From the NCBI GenBank assembly GCA_963741955.1, contig CAVUKB010000007.1, forward strand, positions 736,001-800,000: a stretch of DNA of 64,000 nucleotides, written 5' to 3'. Each line of letters opens with the position of its first letter. Position 1 is the first letter of the stretch. This stretch comes from an uncultured Acidobacteriota bacterium (GTDB lineage Bacteria > Acidobacteriota > Thermoanaerobaculia > Gp7-AA8). The notes beneath the pieces are model-generated. The model searched no databases, was not told the origin of the DNA, and saw nothing but the letters and a program-made list of their open reading frames with translations. Below are positions 38,393-49,339 of the stretch, piece after piece. Both the position numbers and the translations under genes were made by a program.

Positions 38393-38985
38393 CGTGATTC
38401 TCTCTCCGGTGCTTTCGCAGTGACGAGATAGCTGTACTCGCCCAGATTCGTTTCGGCGGCCTCCCGGAATCCGTGACGCTCGATCCGTTCCCGCGCATCG
38501 CGCGATGGAATCCGATGATCGAGGGGAGGGCCGGGCGGCTGCTGGACGTCGGGACGCCAGTCGAGGATCGCCAGCGTTCCGCCGGGGCGGAGGATCCGTT
38601 CGATCTCCTTCGTGGCCGCGTCGAGATCGTCGATCTCGTGCCAGAGATTCGCGAGGAGAACGACGTCGACGGAGTGGTCGCCGAGCGTGGTCGCGTCCGC
38701 GCGGCCGAGTCGCGTCTCGACGTTCGACGGCGCCGCGGCGTCGCCGAGCTTCCGTCGAAACAGCTCCAGCATCTCCGGCTGGAGATCGACTCCGATCACC
38801 CGTCCGTTCGGAGTCCGCCGGGCCATCGGAATCGCGAAGTACCCGGTTCCTACGCCGATGTCCGCGATCACGTCACCGTCGCGGATTCCGAACCGATCGA
38901 GGATCGGATCGATCGGAAGCCATTTCGTCCGTTCCGGATCTTCGAGCTTGTGTGCCTTTGCCGGATCGAATACCCGGTCGTGCAT
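38389..38985 (-). CDS. Class I SAM-dependent methyltransferase
   Basis: ADIGVGTG, GVDLQPEML, LRPGG and PGPP; SD GGAGG. Confidence 0.9.
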   Translation of the reverse strand: MHDRVFDPAKAHKLEDPERTKWLPIDPILDRFGIRDGDVIADIGVGTGYFAIPMARRTPNGRVIGVDLQPEMLELFRRKLGDAAAPSNVETRLGRADATTLGDHSVDVVLLANLWHEIDDLDAATKEIERILRPGGTLAILDWRPDVQQPPGPPLDHRIPSRDARERIERHGFREAAETNLGEYSYLVTAKAPERESR

Positions 38986-39060
38986 GAAGTCATTTCCTCC
39001 CACGCAGGGTCTGTCGGGAGCCGACGAGTCCGTGACGTCGCAAATTCCGATCCACTGCCG

Positions 39061-39939
39061 TCAGGCGGCCCGGGTGGCTGCTTCCGCCCGGCGTACGACG
39101 GTGAGCACGGGAGCGGGGGAATGCCGGGTGAGCCGGACGGTGGTCGAACCGATCACCGTCGCATCGGAGAAACGACGGTGCTGTGCGCCGACGACCACGA
39201 GATCACCCGCGACCTCCCGGACGTACTGGATGATCCGTTCCGCCGGGTCGTGCTCCATGGTGAGGTCCTGGAAGTGGCAGTTGCGCGCGACATCTTTTGG
39301 AACCCACTCACAGATCCGCTTCATCTCCTCGTCGTGCGGCACATCGGAATGAGGCTCGACCACGTGAAGGAGATAGAGCTCGGAGCCGAACGTGCGGGCG
39401 AGCGAGACCGCGTGGATGAGCGAATCGTGAGCCACCTCGGAGAAATTCACCGGGCAGACGATTCGTCGCGGAGGAGCCACTTCTCCCGCGCCGTCGGAAC
39501 GGGCAGTGAGAACGGGACGGTCGGTCTCTCGCAATACACGCTCGGTGACGGAACCGAGCATGATCCGGCTGAAGCCGCTGCGGCCGTGAGTTCCCATCAC
39601 GATCAGATCGACGTTCCTTTTCTCCGCCACGTTGGTGATGGCCGGAAACGGGACGTCCTCCATGATCAGCGATTGCACCGGGATCGAGGGACCGACGTGG
39701 CGCCGTGCGTATTCGCGCAGCTGTTCCGCGGCGAGCTCCTTCGACTTCTCCAGACTCTCAGCCAGCTCCTCGGCCTGGAGAGAGGTGAAGTAGGGAGGAG
39801 GGAGGAACGGGTCGGCGTACAGCAGACAGATCGAGCTGCCGTAGCGCGTCGCGATCATCTGCGCGAACTCGAGAGCATGCGTCGCGAGGTCGCTGAAGTC
39901 CGTGGGGACGAGAATTTTTTTCGGTTCGAAGTTTTCCAT
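39061..39939 (-). CDS. Tandem-domain universal stress protein
   Basis: ILVPTDFS, DLIVMGTHGRSG..GSV and a second Usp domain. Confidence 0.93.
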   Translation of the reverse strand: MENFEPKKILVPTDFSDLATHALEFAQMIATRYGSSICLLYADPFLPPPYFTSLQAEELAESLEKSKELAAEQLREYARRHVGPSIPVQSLIMEDVPFPAITNVAEKRNVDLIVMGTHGRSGFSRIMLGSVTERVLRETDRPVLTARSDGAGEVAPPRRIVCPVNFSEVAHDSLIHAVSLARTFGSELYLLHVVEPHSDVPHDEEMKRICEWVPKDVARNCHFQDLTMEHDPAERIIQYVREVAGDLVVVGAQHRRFSDATVIGSTTVRLTRHSPAPVLTVVRRAEAATRAA

Positions 39940-39973
39940 GACATCTCCAATTTAGGGTCCGGAGCGCCGGACG

Positions 39974-42900
39974 TCACTCCACTCCCGCCGGTTGCAGTTC
40001 TTCCTCGACATTCGGCGCCGGAGCTCGCGAAGGATGTTTGGCTTCCTCGTATTTACGTCGTTCCATCAGGTAATAGAGGATCGGAACGGTCGGAAGCGAC
40101 AGCAGGAGAGACGCCACTCCGCCCGCCATGAGCGAGATCGCCAGCCCCTGGAAGATCGGATCGAACAGGATGACGGTCGCGGCGATGATGACCGCCGCCG
40201 CGGTGAGCATCATCGGCCTGTAGCGGACCGCGCCGGCGTCGATCACCGCCTGCTTGAGCGGCATTCCCTGTTCGAGCCGCAGCTCGATGAAGTCGACCAG
40301 GATGATCGAATTTCGAACCACGATCCCCGCGCCGGCGATGAACCCGATCATCGAGGTTGCGGTGAAGAACGCTCCCATCGCGGCATGGGCCGGGAGGATC
40401 CCCACCAGAGAGAAGGGAATCGCGGCCATGATCGCGATCGGAGTCTTGAACGACTGGAACCATCCGACCACCAGGATGTAGATCAGGATCAGAACCGCGG
40501 CGAAGGCCAGCCCGAGGTCCCGGAAGACTTCGTATGTGATGTGCCACTCGCCATCCCATTTCATCGCGAGCTGGCTGGTGGTGAACGGCTGGCTCGCCAC
40601 GTACCGCCCCAGCCTGTAACCCTCGGGGAGCTGGAGCTCGTCGAGCTGCCGGTTCATTTTCAGGATGGCATAGACCGGACTCTCTTCTTTGCCGGCCACG
40701 TCTCCGGTGACGTAGACCACCGGCATCAGATTCTTGTGATAGATGCTCTTCTCGGCGGTGGTCTTCTCGATGTTCACCAGCTCACCGAGCGGCACGACGT
40801 TCCCCTGACTCCCCATCACCGGAATCGCGCGGAGGTCCGCGATGCTGGAGCGTTCTTCCCGTGGGAGGCGCAGGACGATCGGTACGTCTTCCCGTTCCTT
40901 CGCCTGATGCAGAATTCCGGTCTCCATTCCGCTCAGCGCGATACGGAGAGTGGCGGAGATCTGTTCGGGCGTGACGCCGTCGAGAGCCGCCTTTTCCCGG
41001 TTGATCGCGAAGCGGTACTCGGGCTGGTCGTCTTCGACGTACGAGTCGACGTCGACCACGCCGTCAGTCTTGCGGAAGATATCCTCCACCTGGCGCGCGA
41101 CTTCGCGCTGCCGGTCGTAGTCGGGACCGTAGATCTCGGCGACGAGCGTCTGCAATACCGGCGGGCCGGGCGGAACCTCCGAGACCTTGACGTTCGCGTC
41201 GAACTTCGACGCAATCTCATCGACCCGGGGGCGGATGCGCTTCGCGATGTCGTGGCTCTGCGCACTCCGGTCGCCCTTCGGAAGAAGATTGACCTGGATG
41301 TCGGCCACGTTCGGTCCCTGCCGGAGGAAGTAGTGACGTACCAGACCGTTGAAGTTGTAAGGCGACGAAGTGCCGACGTACATCTGGAAGTCGGTCACCT
41401 CGGGTACGGTCCGGACGTAGTCTGCGATGGCCCGGGTGGCCGCTGCGGTCTGTTCGAGTGTGGTTCCCTCCGGCATGTCGACCACGATCTGGAAGTCGCT
41501 CTTGTTGTCGAAGGGAAGCATCTTCACCCGGACCAGCTTCAGGGCGAAGAGTGAGACTGCCACGAGCAGGAGTGCGACCACCCCGAACAGGAAACGATTC
41601 CGCCACTTCGAGTCTTCGATGAGCGGGTTCATCACCCGCCGGTAGACGCGGATGATCGCGCCTTCTCCGTGTGCCGCACCGTCGCGGCTCTTCTTGAGGA
41701 GCTTCAGGCTCGCCCACGGGGTGACCACGAACGCGACCATCAGCGAAAAGATCATCGCTGCGGAGGCGCCGACCGGAATCGGACGCATGTAGGGTCCCAT
41801 CAGTCCGCGCACGAATCCCATCGGGATGATGGCGGCGATGACGGTGAACGTCGCGAGAATGGTCGGGTTTCCCACTTCGTCCACGGCCTCCACCGCCACG
41901 TCGATGATGGGCCGGTTCCGATTCTCCGGGAGCCGGTAGTGACGGACGATGTTCTCGACCACCACGATCGCGTCGTCGACGAGGATGCCGATGGAAAAGA
42001 TCAGGGCGAAGAGGGTGACGCGGTTCAGGGTGTATCCGGTGAGATAGAAGATCGCCAGGGTCAGGGCGAGAGTGACCGGAATGGCGGTGGCGACGATGCC
42101 GGACTCGCGAAGCCCGAGGGTGAGCCAGATCAGCAGCGTCACCGAGGCGATCGCGATCAGCATGTGGAAGAGGAGCTCGTTCGACTTCTCTTCCGCAGTC
42201 TTACCGTAGTTGCGGGTCACGGTCACGTTCACGTCGGACGGAATGAGGTTGCCCTTCAGACCGTCGACCTTTTCGATCACCTTGTCGGCGATCTCGATCG
42301 CGTTGGTTCCCTTCCGCTTCGAGACGGAGATGGTGACTGCCGGATCGACTCCGGAGCTGTCTGCCGCCGATGCCGATTCACTCGCCGCACCCTTGCCGAA
42401 GAAAACGTAGTCGGCCGGTTCGGCGGGGCCGTCGACGATCTTCGCGATATCGCGAAGGTAGACCGGCTTCTGATTGAACGCTCCTACCACGACGCTGCCG
42501 ACATCGTCGGCGGTATTGAGAAAGCCGCCCGTCTGTACGGCGAACTCGCGGTTTCCGGATGCGAAGCTTCCGGACTGCATCTGACGGTTGGTCTGCTGAA
42601 GCAGAGGGACGAGCATCGCCGGTGCGACGTGGAAGGAGGCCATCCGTCCCTCGTCGAGAAGGACGCGGAGCTGGCGCTGCTGTCCACCGATGATCTTCAC
42701 CTCGGAGACGTCGGGAATCTCTTTGATCTGGTCGTGAAGCTGCGCGGCGACGCGCCGGAGGGTGTAGTGATCATAGCGTCCGCTGGAGAGCGTGAGCGCG
42801 AGGATCGGCACGTCGTCGATCGAGCGAGGCTTGATCAAAGGCGGCATCGCACCCGGAGGGATCTGATCCGAGTTCGCATGGAGCTTGTCGTTGAGCCGGA

Positions 42901-43237
42901 CGAGGGCATTCTCCTCGTTCTCGCCGACCTTGAAGCGAACGATGGCCATCGACATCCCGGGGGAGGAGGTCGAGTAGATGTACTCGACGCCGGGGATCTC
43001 CCAGAGGAGTTTCTCCATGGGGCGAGTCACCCGCTGCTCGATCTCCCTGGCGCTGGAGCCGGGCATGCCGACGAAGACGTCCACCATCGGAACGACGATC
43101 TGAGGCTCCTCTTCCCGGGGGAGGAGAAAGACGGCGCCGAGGCCGAGGAGAAGAGACGCGGCGATGATGAGCGGCGTCAGCTTCGAATCGATGAAAGAGC
43201 GGGCGAGACGTCCCGCGAATCCGAGTTTCCGTTGCAC
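39974..43237 (-). CDS. RND efflux permease (AcrB/AcrD/AcrF family)
   Basis: 1087 aa; [25 protein letters not shown] and RYRPMMLT. Confidence 0.95.
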   Translation of the reverse strand: MQRKLGFAGRLARSFIDSKLTPLIIAASLLLGLGAVFLLPREEEPQIVVPMVDVFVGMPGSSAREIEQRVTRPMEKLLWEIPGVEYIYSTSSPGMSMAIVRFKVGENEENALVRLNDKLHANSDQIPPGAMPPLIKPRSIDDVPILALTLSSGRYDHYTLRRVAAQLHDQIKEIPDVSEVKIIGGQQRQLRVLLDEGRMASFHVAPAMLVPLLQQTNRQMQSGSFASGNREFAVQTGGFLNTADDVGSVVVGAFNQKPVYLRDIAKIVDGPAEPADYVFFGKGAASESASAADSSGVDPAVTISVSKRKGTNAIEIADKVIEKVDGLKGNLIPSDVNVTVTRNYGKTAEEKSNELLFHMLIAIASVTLLIWLTLGLRESGIVATAIPVTLALTLAIFYLTGYTLNRVTLFALIFSIGILVDDAIVVVENIVRHYRLPENRNRPIIDVAVEAVDEVGNPTILATFTVIAAIIPMGFVRGLMGPYMRPIPVGASAAMIFSLMVAFVVTPWASLKLLKKSRDGAAHGEGAIIRVYRRVMNPLIEDSKWRNRFLFGVVALLLVAVSLFALKLVRVKMLPFDNKSDFQIVVDMPEGTTLEQTAAATRAIADYVRTVPEVTDFQMYVGTSSPYNFNGLVRHYFLRQGPNVADIQVNLLPKGDRSAQSHDIAKRIRPRVDEIASKFDANVKVSEVPPGPPVLQTLVAEIYGPDYDRQREVARQVEDIFRKTDGVVDVDSYVEDDQPEYRFAINREKAALDGVTPEQISATLRIALSGMETGILHQAKEREDVPIVLRLPREERSSIADLRAIPVMGSQGNVVPLGELVNIEKTTAEKSIYHKNLMPVVYVTGDVAGKEESPVYAILKMNRQLDELQLPEGYRLGRYVASQPFTTSQLAMKWDGEWHITYEVFRDLGLAFAAVLILIYILVVGWFQSFKTPIAIMAAIPFSLVGILPAHAAMGAFFTATSMIGFIAGAGIVVRNSIILVDFIELRLEQGMPLKQAVIDAGAVRYRPMMLTAAAVIIAATVILFDPIFQGLAISLMAGGVASLLLSLPTVPILYYLMERRKYEEAKHPSRAPAPNVEEELQPAGVE

Positions 43238-43336
43238 TGAATCACCTCGTTGAAACGTTGCGTGCGTTCTGGCTCTTGAAGGGCGCGTTCATTCCGGCGA
43301 TGGTGTCTGGCCGGGGCTTCGGGGTGCGGACCTCGT

Positions 43337-44494
43337 TCAGATCACCTTCGATCCGTCGCTGACCGCGGCGAGTCCGCCGGTCACGATCCGGTCATTCGGG
43401 TCGAGCCCGGAGAGGATCTCCACGCGGTCCCCGTGCGTTTTGCCGGTCTTGACCAGCCTGAGTCGGGCCAGGCCTTCGCTGTCGACGATCCAGACGCCGG
43501 TCAGCTGTCCGCGCTCGACGACCGCTTCCGTCGGAACGGTGACCGCGTCGCGCGATCCGATCCGGAAGAGGGCCTTCCCGAACATTCCGGAACGGAGGTT
43601 TTCCATCCCGGCGCCGTCGTTCGGCAGATCGACCTTCACGGTGTAGCTGCGGCTCATCGGATCCGCAGTGGAGACCATCTCCGCGACGTGGCCCTGAAGG
43701 TCGCTTCCGGAGGCGTCGACCCGGACGGTCACCGGATCGCCGACCCGGATCTTTCCGACCATCGATTCCTCGACGTTCGCTTCGAGCCGGTAGTGGCGTC
43801 CGTTCTCGATCTGCATCAGCGGCTGTCCGGGGCCGGTCATCGATCCGACGTCGACGTAACGCGTGGTGACGATGCCGTCGATCGGAGAGGTGACCCGAGC
43901 GAAGCCGACCCATGCCGCGGCACCGGCGCGTCCCGCCTTCGCCTGTTCGATTTTCGAGAGCACCTGCTGCTTCTTCGCGAGCATGGATGCGAGCATCCGG
44001 TCCGCACCGATGTGCTTCGCTTCGACTTCATCGAACTCCTGCTGCGAGACCGACTTCCGTTCGAGAAGGGTGCGGAATCGCTCGTACGTCGTGTCGGCGA
44101 GCTTCCGGTTCGCTTCCGCGGCGGCGATCCCCTGTTCGACTTCGTCCAGCGCATCCTGTGCTTCGCTGACGCCTGCGTCCGCGGCACGGAACTGCGCGGC
44201 GAGATCGCGATCGTCGATGGTGAGCACGAGCTGTCCGGCACGGACGTGGTCGCCCTCTTTCACCAGAATCGACGTCACCGTGCCGGCGACCTTCGGTGAG
44301 AGCATGCTGGTGGTCGCGGAGCGGACCGTTCCAGCGGCTTCGTACTCGTCGTTCACCGGGCTGAGAGAGATCTTTTCGACCTTTGCGCCGGGTACGGGAG
44401 TGGTCGCGACTTCTTTCCGGCCGTGGTCGCTGCAGGCGAGTGTCGCCACAGCAGCGGCTGCAATCGTGAATGTGGTCAATATTCTTTTCATCAT
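43337..44494 (-). CDS. RND periplasmic adaptor (MFP) lipoprotein
   Basis: Lipobox TLAC, lipoyl half-motifs VKEGDHV and SPIDG, coiled coil, LRSGMFG. Confidence 0.92.
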   Translation of the reverse strand: MMKRILTTFTIAAAAVATLACSDHGRKEVATTPVPGAKVEKISLSPVNDEYEAAGTVRSATTSMLSPKVAGTVTSILVKEGDHVRAGQLVLTIDDRDLAAQFRAADAGVSEAQDALDEVEQGIAAAEANRKLADTTYERFRTLLERKSVSQQEFDEVEAKHIGADRMLASMLAKKQQVLSKIEQAKAGRAGAAAWVGFARVTSPIDGIVTTRYVDVGSMTGPGQPLMQIENGRHYRLEANVEESMVGKIRVGDPVTVRVDASGSDLQGHVAEMVSTADPMSRSYTVKVDLPNDGAGMENLRSGMFGKALFRIGSRDAVTVPTEAVVERGQLTGVWIVDSEGLARLRLVKTGKTHGDRVEILSGLDPNDRIVTGGLAAVSDGSKVI

Positions 44495-44526
44495 CGTCCT
44501 CGACTCGTGGTTCTGCCTGGTCACGT

Positions 44527-45894
44527 TCACTCCGATTCGAATGGGGTCACGTCTTTCAATTGGCCCGTCGCGAGGAGAACGCGCGCGTAGCCGGTGTAGA
44601 GATCGTTTCTCGATGCAAGGAGATTCATCTCCGCCTGAACGTTCGCCGTCTCGGCCCGCAGGACTTCGGTGATGGTGGTGAGACCTTCACCGTAGCGGTC
44701 CTGCACGATCCGGAGCGCGTCGGCCGCCTGGTCGACGGCGTGGCTGGCGACGACGATGCTCTGGCGTGCGGTGAGGAAGCCTTCCACCGCCTGGATCACC
44801 TCGAGACGAATCTGGTCCTCGGTTCGGCGGCGCTCGGCCGTGGCCATCTTCCTGGCGGCCTTCGCTTCGGCCAGACGACCGAGTCGTGCCGGCTCGAAGA
44901 CGTTCAGGGTGACCATCGCGCCGACCATGGTGTCCCGTCCCGAGGTGGTCGGATCGATTCCGCTCGCGCCGATGGTCGCGAAGCCGTCGAGGCGCGGTAG
45001 AAACTGACCCGCGGCGGCTCGGATGCCGAGCTCACTCACCCGTTCTCCGTACCGGACGCCACGAGCATCGGCGCGGTCGGCGAGCGCGGTCTTCACCAGC
45101 TCCGGGGTGTCGGCGATGGTGAACTCTCGATCCACCAACGTCCCGCTCAGAGGCCGGACGATCGCGGTCGGCTCGCCGAGTGCGGCTGCGAGTGCCTGTT
45201 GGGCGATCCGGAGGTTCCCGTTGGCCTGGATCTGCTTCTGCTGGAAATCGGCGAGCTGGGTTTGAGCCGCCAGATAGTCCGACTCGACCACCAGCCCGGT
45301 CTCGTAGCTGTTCCGAACCCGCTCGACCATCGCTTGCGCCATCTGCACCGCGTCGTCGGCTACGTTCTTCCCTGCTTCCGCCACCAGAACTCCGTAGTAC
45401 GCGCGGATGGTCTGGAACCGCAGCTGCTGGCGGATTCCGTCCGACTGTGCGTCGGCCGCCTTCACTCCGATCGCCGCCTGCTGGTTCATGGTGAAACGGC
45501 GGAGCTGGTCGAAGATCGGATACCGGATGTTCAGATTGGTCCGGTAGTTCCTCAGATAGTCGGGATTGTTGAGGAACGCCGGATCGAAGTGTTGCGGACC
45601 GAAGCGTCCCTGCTCGAGCAGCGAGCCGAAGACGAAGACGGGATTGTCACTCCGCACGAAGTTTTCGGTCAGCTGGATCTCGGGGAGCCACATGGTGCGG
45701 GCCTGGAGGAGCCGCGCATGCGCGGTCTCCTGACCCGCCGCGGCCGATGCCGACACCGGGTTCTCTCCGAGAGCGGTATCGACCGCCTCGCGCAGAGAGA
45801 GACCGGTTGCCGGAGTATCGGTGGCGTACGTGCCGAGCGGTAGCAGCAGCAGGACGACGGAGAGGCTGATTCGATTCACAAATCGTCTGTTCAT
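44527..45894 (-). CDS. TolC family outer membrane protein
   Basis: Signal peptide, LSLREAV..AL..NP and tandem OEP repeats (RY.EG). Confidence 0.9.
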   Translation of the reverse strand: MNRRFVNRISLSVVLLLLPLGTYATDTPATGLSLREAVDTALGENPVSASAAAGQETAHARLLQARTMWLPEIQLTENFVRSDNPVFVFGSLLEQGRFGPQHFDPAFLNNPDYLRNYRTNLNIRYPIFDQLRRFTMNQQAAIGVKAADAQSDGIRQQLRFQTIRAYYGVLVAEAGKNVADDAVQMAQAMVERVRNSYETGLVVESDYLAAQTQLADFQQKQIQANGNLRIAQQALAAALGEPTAIVRPLSGTLVDREFTIADTPELVKTALADRADARGVRYGERVSELGIRAAAGQFLPRLDGFATIGASGIDPTTSGRDTMVGAMVTLNVFEPARLGRLAEAKAARKMATAERRRTEDQIRLEVIQAVEGFLTARQSIVVASHAVDQAADALRIVQDRYGEGLTTITEVLRAETANVQAEMNLLASRNDLYTGYARVLLATGQLKDVTPFESE

Positions 45895-45956
45895 GGTTCT
45901 TCCAACGAAGCCCGAAAAGGCTTCCGGTCGTTTCGGATGTGGACGGACTGCGGGGC

Positions 45957-46169
45957 TCAGACGCTCTTCGTCGCCGCCTGGGCGTGAGGAACGCCGAGCT
46001 TTCGGAGGATGCTGATCATCGGACACCAGTTGGTGAACGCCGATTGAATCAGGTTCAGGGCGACGAACCCGGTCAGCAGCAACCACCAGGGGCTCTGGTA
46101 ATACCCAAGCAGTACGCTGATCAGGACGATGGACCCGGCAATCAGTCGAAGATAACGTTCGATGTTCAT
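45957..46169 (-). CDS. DUF2892 (YgaP-like) membrane protein
   Basis: Two TM helices and NLIQSAFTNWCP. Confidence 0.88.
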   Translation of the reverse strand: MNIERYLRLIAGSIVLISVLLGYYQSPWWLLLTGFVALNLIQSAFTNWCPMISILRKLGVPHAQAATKSV

Positions 46170-46233
46170 GACTTCTGATTCCTTCCGCTCAATATTGTTT
46201 CCGGGGGACGGTCCCGGCAACGCCGGGTGCCCT

Positions 46234-46263
46234 TGATTACTAAATCACTATATGGCAATATAG
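46234..46263. promoter_or_regulatory. AT-rich divergent promoter / probable ArsR operator
   Basis: TGATTACTAAATCACTATATGGCAATATAG, an imperfect inverted repeat in otherwise GC-rich DNA between the divergent arsR and DUF2892 genes. Confidence 0.45.
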
Positions 46264-46289
46264 AGATCATGTCAAGAGGTCGAACGAAC

Positions 46290-46643
46290 ATGCAGATCGG
46301 GAGTGACACTCACGATTTCTCGGATGACGCGATCGAGCTCATCGCAGGGCGTTTTCGAATCTTCGCCGAACCGATGCGACTGAGGATTCTTCTCGCACTC
46401 GGCGAGAAGGAGCTCTGCGTCGGCGAGATCGTGGAGACCACCGGAGCTCAGCAGGCGAACATCTCCAAGCATCTCGGAATCCTTCTCGAAGCGGGAATGG
46501 TGAAGAAGAGAAAGGACGGTCTGAACTCCTTTTACCGGATCGTCGATCCGACCATCCTCGAGTTGTGCGGGACCGTCTGCTCCAGTCTCCGGGAGAAGAT
46601 CCGCGGCGAAGAAGAAGCGGTGAAGAGCTTCGCACGACGGTGA
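46290..46643 (+). CDS. ArsR/SmtB family regulator, paralogue 1
   Basis: EPMRLRIL, QANISKHL and C-terminal LCGTVC. Alternative start at 46269. Confidence 0.9.
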   Translation: MQIGSDTHDFSDDAIELIAGRFRIFAEPMRLRILLALGEKELCVGEIVETTGAQQANISKHLGILLEAGMVKKRKDGLNSFYRIVDPTILELCGTVCSSLREKIRGEEEAVKSFARR

Positions 46644-46748
46644 CGAGGCGACGCTGACGCGGCAGAGCCCGGCGAGGGTCGGTTTTTTTGCATCCGGTCA
46701 CCTTCCGGCGATAGAGTTTCGTACCCGAAATCACCGAGGAGGTCGAGC

Positions 46749-47774
46749 ATGCAGAGATCGAACGGGGGACGGCCCCTGCTCCTTTTGTCCATCCTTCTGG
46801 TTCTTCTGGTTGCGTGCGGCAGGCAGGAGGTGAAGGTCGAAGGGACCGACACCGCCTCGAACGGAACCACCGGCACGGAAGCGGTTGCCGTCCAAACGGC
46901 CCGGCCGGTCACGCTGTCGGAGGGCTTCAACACTCCGGAATCCGTTCTGTACGATCCCGAACAGGACGTCTACTTCGTGAGCAACATCAATGGCCAGCCG
47001 TTGGACAAAGACGGCAACGGGTACATTTCGAAGATTCCTGCGACCAGCCAGATTCCCGAGGCGAAGTGGATCAGCTCCAACGGGGGAACCGTCAAGCTCG
47101 ACGCACCCAAGGGGCTCGCCATCGTCGGTGACGAGCTGTGGGTAACCGACATCGACGTGATTCGCAAATTCGACCGGAAGACGGGCGAGCCGAAAGGCGA
47201 CATCGCGGTTCCCGGCAGCACGTTCCTCAATGACCTCGCGACTGCTCCCGACGGGACCGTCTACGCGACGGACAGCGGCATGAAGGCGGGCAAGAACGGA
47301 TTCGAGGGCACCGGGACCGATGCCGTCTACGAGATCTCGAAAGACGGAAAACTGAAGAAGCTCGCGACGGGAGACCAGCTCCACCGGCCGAACGGAGTCA
47401 CCGTCGCCGAGGACGGGAAGATCTGGGTGGTCACGTTCGGAAGCAATGAGCTGTTCGCCATCAACGACGGGAAGAAATCCGACGTCCACCAGCTGCCCAA
47501 GGGGAGTCTCGACGGCGTGGTATCCCTCGGGAAAGACCTCCTCGTGTCGAGCTGGGATGGCAAGGCGGTCTACGAAGGACCGCCCGAGGGGCCGTTCCAG
47601 ACCGTGGTCGACAACGTCGCCTCACCCGCCGACATCGGATTCGACACCCGCAGAAGTCTCATCCTGATCCCCGACTTCACCGAGAGCAAAGTCATGATCG
47701 TGCCTCTCCCTTCCGCCGGCGTCGAAACGTCGGCAGAGGGGCAGACCGCGACCGAAACGACATCGAATGAGTGA
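46749..47774 (+). CDS. SMP-30/gluconolactonase-like beta-propeller lipoprotein
   Basis: Lipobox LVAC, TPESV, YFVSNING, LDAPKG, FLND, PNG and LDG. Confidence 0.85.
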   Translation: MQRSNGGRPLLLLSILLVLLVACGRQEVKVEGTDTASNGTTGTEAVAVQTARPVTLSEGFNTPESVLYDPEQDVYFVSNINGQPLDKDGNGYISKIPATSQIPEAKWISSNGGTVKLDAPKGLAIVGDELWVTDIDVIRKFDRKTGEPKGDIAVPGSTFLNDLATAPDGTVYATDSGMKAGKNGFEGTGTDAVYEISKDGKLKKLATGDQLHRPNGVTVAEDGKIWVVTFGSNELFAINDGKKSDVHQLPKGSLDGVVSLGKDLLVSSWDGKAVYEGPPEGPFQTVVDNVASPADIGFDTRRSLILIPDFTESKVMIVPLPSAGVETSAEGQTATETTSNE

Positions 47775-47986
47775 GGGCCTCTCGCGTTCCGGAGAGCCTG
47801 CGCAGCAGGACCGTTGCTGCCGCGCAGGCTCCTGACGCGACCAGCAGGGTGGCCGCGATCCGTCTCCGCAGCAGAGACAGCCTGAGAGCTTCGGGCTGGC
47901 CTGTCCTCCTCTCCGGTGCGCGAGGGAAGGAAAGATCACCGCTCGGATGTTGGGGAGAAGAGCGGCGTCCCGGGAACGGATCACTG

Positions 47987-48331
47987 ATGAAGAAACGACG
48001 TGAAATGACCGAGCAGGCTTTCGAGCTGATCGCAGGACGATTCCGCGTCCTGGCGGAGCCGATGCGACTGAAGATTCTCCACGCTCTGGAGCCCGGCGAG
48101 ATGACCGTCTCGGAACTGGTCGAGGCGACCGGTGGCACTCAGGCGAACATCTCCAAGCACCTCGGAATCCTTCTCGACGCCCACTTCGTCTCTCGCCGAA
48201 AAGAAGGGCTGAACGCGTACTACGCTCTCTTCGACGACTCGGTCTTCTTCCTCTGCGACGCCGTCTGTTCCAGCCTCGACAAGCGTCTCTCGGCACAGCA
48301 CGATGCAGTGCGGAGCTTCAGCCGGCGCTGA
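47987..48331 (+). CDS. ArsR/SmtB family regulator, paralogue 2
   Basis: EPMRLKIL, QANISKHL and C-terminal LCDAVC. Confidence 0.9.
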   Translation: MKKRREMTEQAFELIAGRFRVLAEPMRLKILHALEPGEMTVSELVEATGGTQANISKHLGILLDAHFVSRRKEGLNAYYALFDDSVFFLCDAVCSSLDKRLSAQHDAVRSFSRR

Positions 48332-48345
48332 CGACGCGAATCACC

Positions 48346-49098
48346 TCAGACGTTCTTCCAGATCAGATAGAACGCGACCAGAATCACGAAGACTGCGAAC
48401 GACTTCCTGAGCGAGGAGGGAGAGATCGTGTTCGCGAGTCGCGCTCCGACGATCGTTCCGGCCGCAGCCGGTCCTGCGACCAGAGCGGTGATCCCGAGAT
48501 CCAGCCCCTCCGCTCCGAAGTGGCCCGCGAATCCCGCTGCGCAGTTGATCGCAATCACCACGAGCGATGTCCCCACCGCCTGACGCATTCCGAGTCCCCC
48601 GAAGAAGACCAGCGCCGGGACGATCAGAAATCCGCCGCCCACCCCGAGTGCGCCGGTCAGCACTCCGACTCCGACGCCAGCGAGAAGGGCTTTCCACGCA
48701 GAAGACTTCTTCGTCGTCTCTTCCGTATCCGCCGTTCCCCGGCGGAAGAGCATCAGCACTCCGATGACGATCATCAGCCCCGCGAACGTCAGCATCAGTC
48801 CCTGATCGCTGAACAGACGCGTGAGCCGGCTGCCGAAGTACGCGGCGACCATTCCACTTCCTGCGAAGAGAGCACCGGTCCGGCCGTCGACGGTTCCTCT
48901 CCTGAAATGGACGATTGCACCGATCAGGCTGGTGATCCCGACCACCGCGAGAGACATTCCGACCGAAGCGTGAGGCTCGACGCCGAGCACGTAGACCAGA
49001 AGCGGTACGGTGATGATCGACCCTCCTCCGCCGAGGAGCCCGAGGGAGACGCCGACGAGCGCGGCGAGGATCGCACCGATGACGAGGTGGAGCGGCAT
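48346..49098 (-). CDS. TauE/SafE sulfite exporter family protein
   Basis: Two repeats LLGGGGSIITVP / LGVGGGFLIVP and AVGTSL. Confidence 0.92.
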   Translation of the reverse strand: MPLHLVIGAILAALVGVSLGLLGGGGSIITVPLLVYVLGVEPHASVGMSLAVVGITSLIGAIVHFRRGTVDGRTGALFAGSGMVAAYFGSRLTRLFSDQGLMLTFAGLMIVIGVLMLFRRGTADTEETTKKSSAWKALLAGVGVGVLTGALGVGGGFLIVPALVFFGGLGMRQAVGTSLVVIAINCAAGFAGHFGAEGLDLGITALVAGPAAAGTIVGARLANTISPSSLRKSFAVFVILVAFYLIWKNV

Positions 49099-49179
49099 CG
49101 GCGGGGATCATACCGGAGAAACGAAGCCACACAGAACCCCTCCAAGGACCCCTACTTCAGCATGGCCGGCATCGCTCGC

Positions 49180-49231
49180 GTGGGTCGCGCCTTCGGAGCG
49201 AAGCTCCCCGGCATCATGCCCGGGAGCGATG
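49180..49231 (+). repeat. GTGGG double-hairpin REP-like element, copy 4
   Basis: GTGGG-TCGCGCC-ttc-GGAGCGA-a-GCTCCCCGGCA-tca-TGCCCGGGAGC-GATG. Confidence 0.75.
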
Positions 49232-49339
49232 GATGCAACGGTACGGAGAGAGTGCGGGTGTAGGGTGCATGGTGTTTGTGTCTCCTCCCCCGGTGCAAAC
49301 GGGATTGTTGCCAGTGCGAGAAGCGTCGTTGCTGGCCCG

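Noticed and set aside
46663-46690. Rho-independent terminator after arsR-1
   Set aside because: A T7 tract is present, but the stem is short and mismatched, so support is too weak to list it as a feature.
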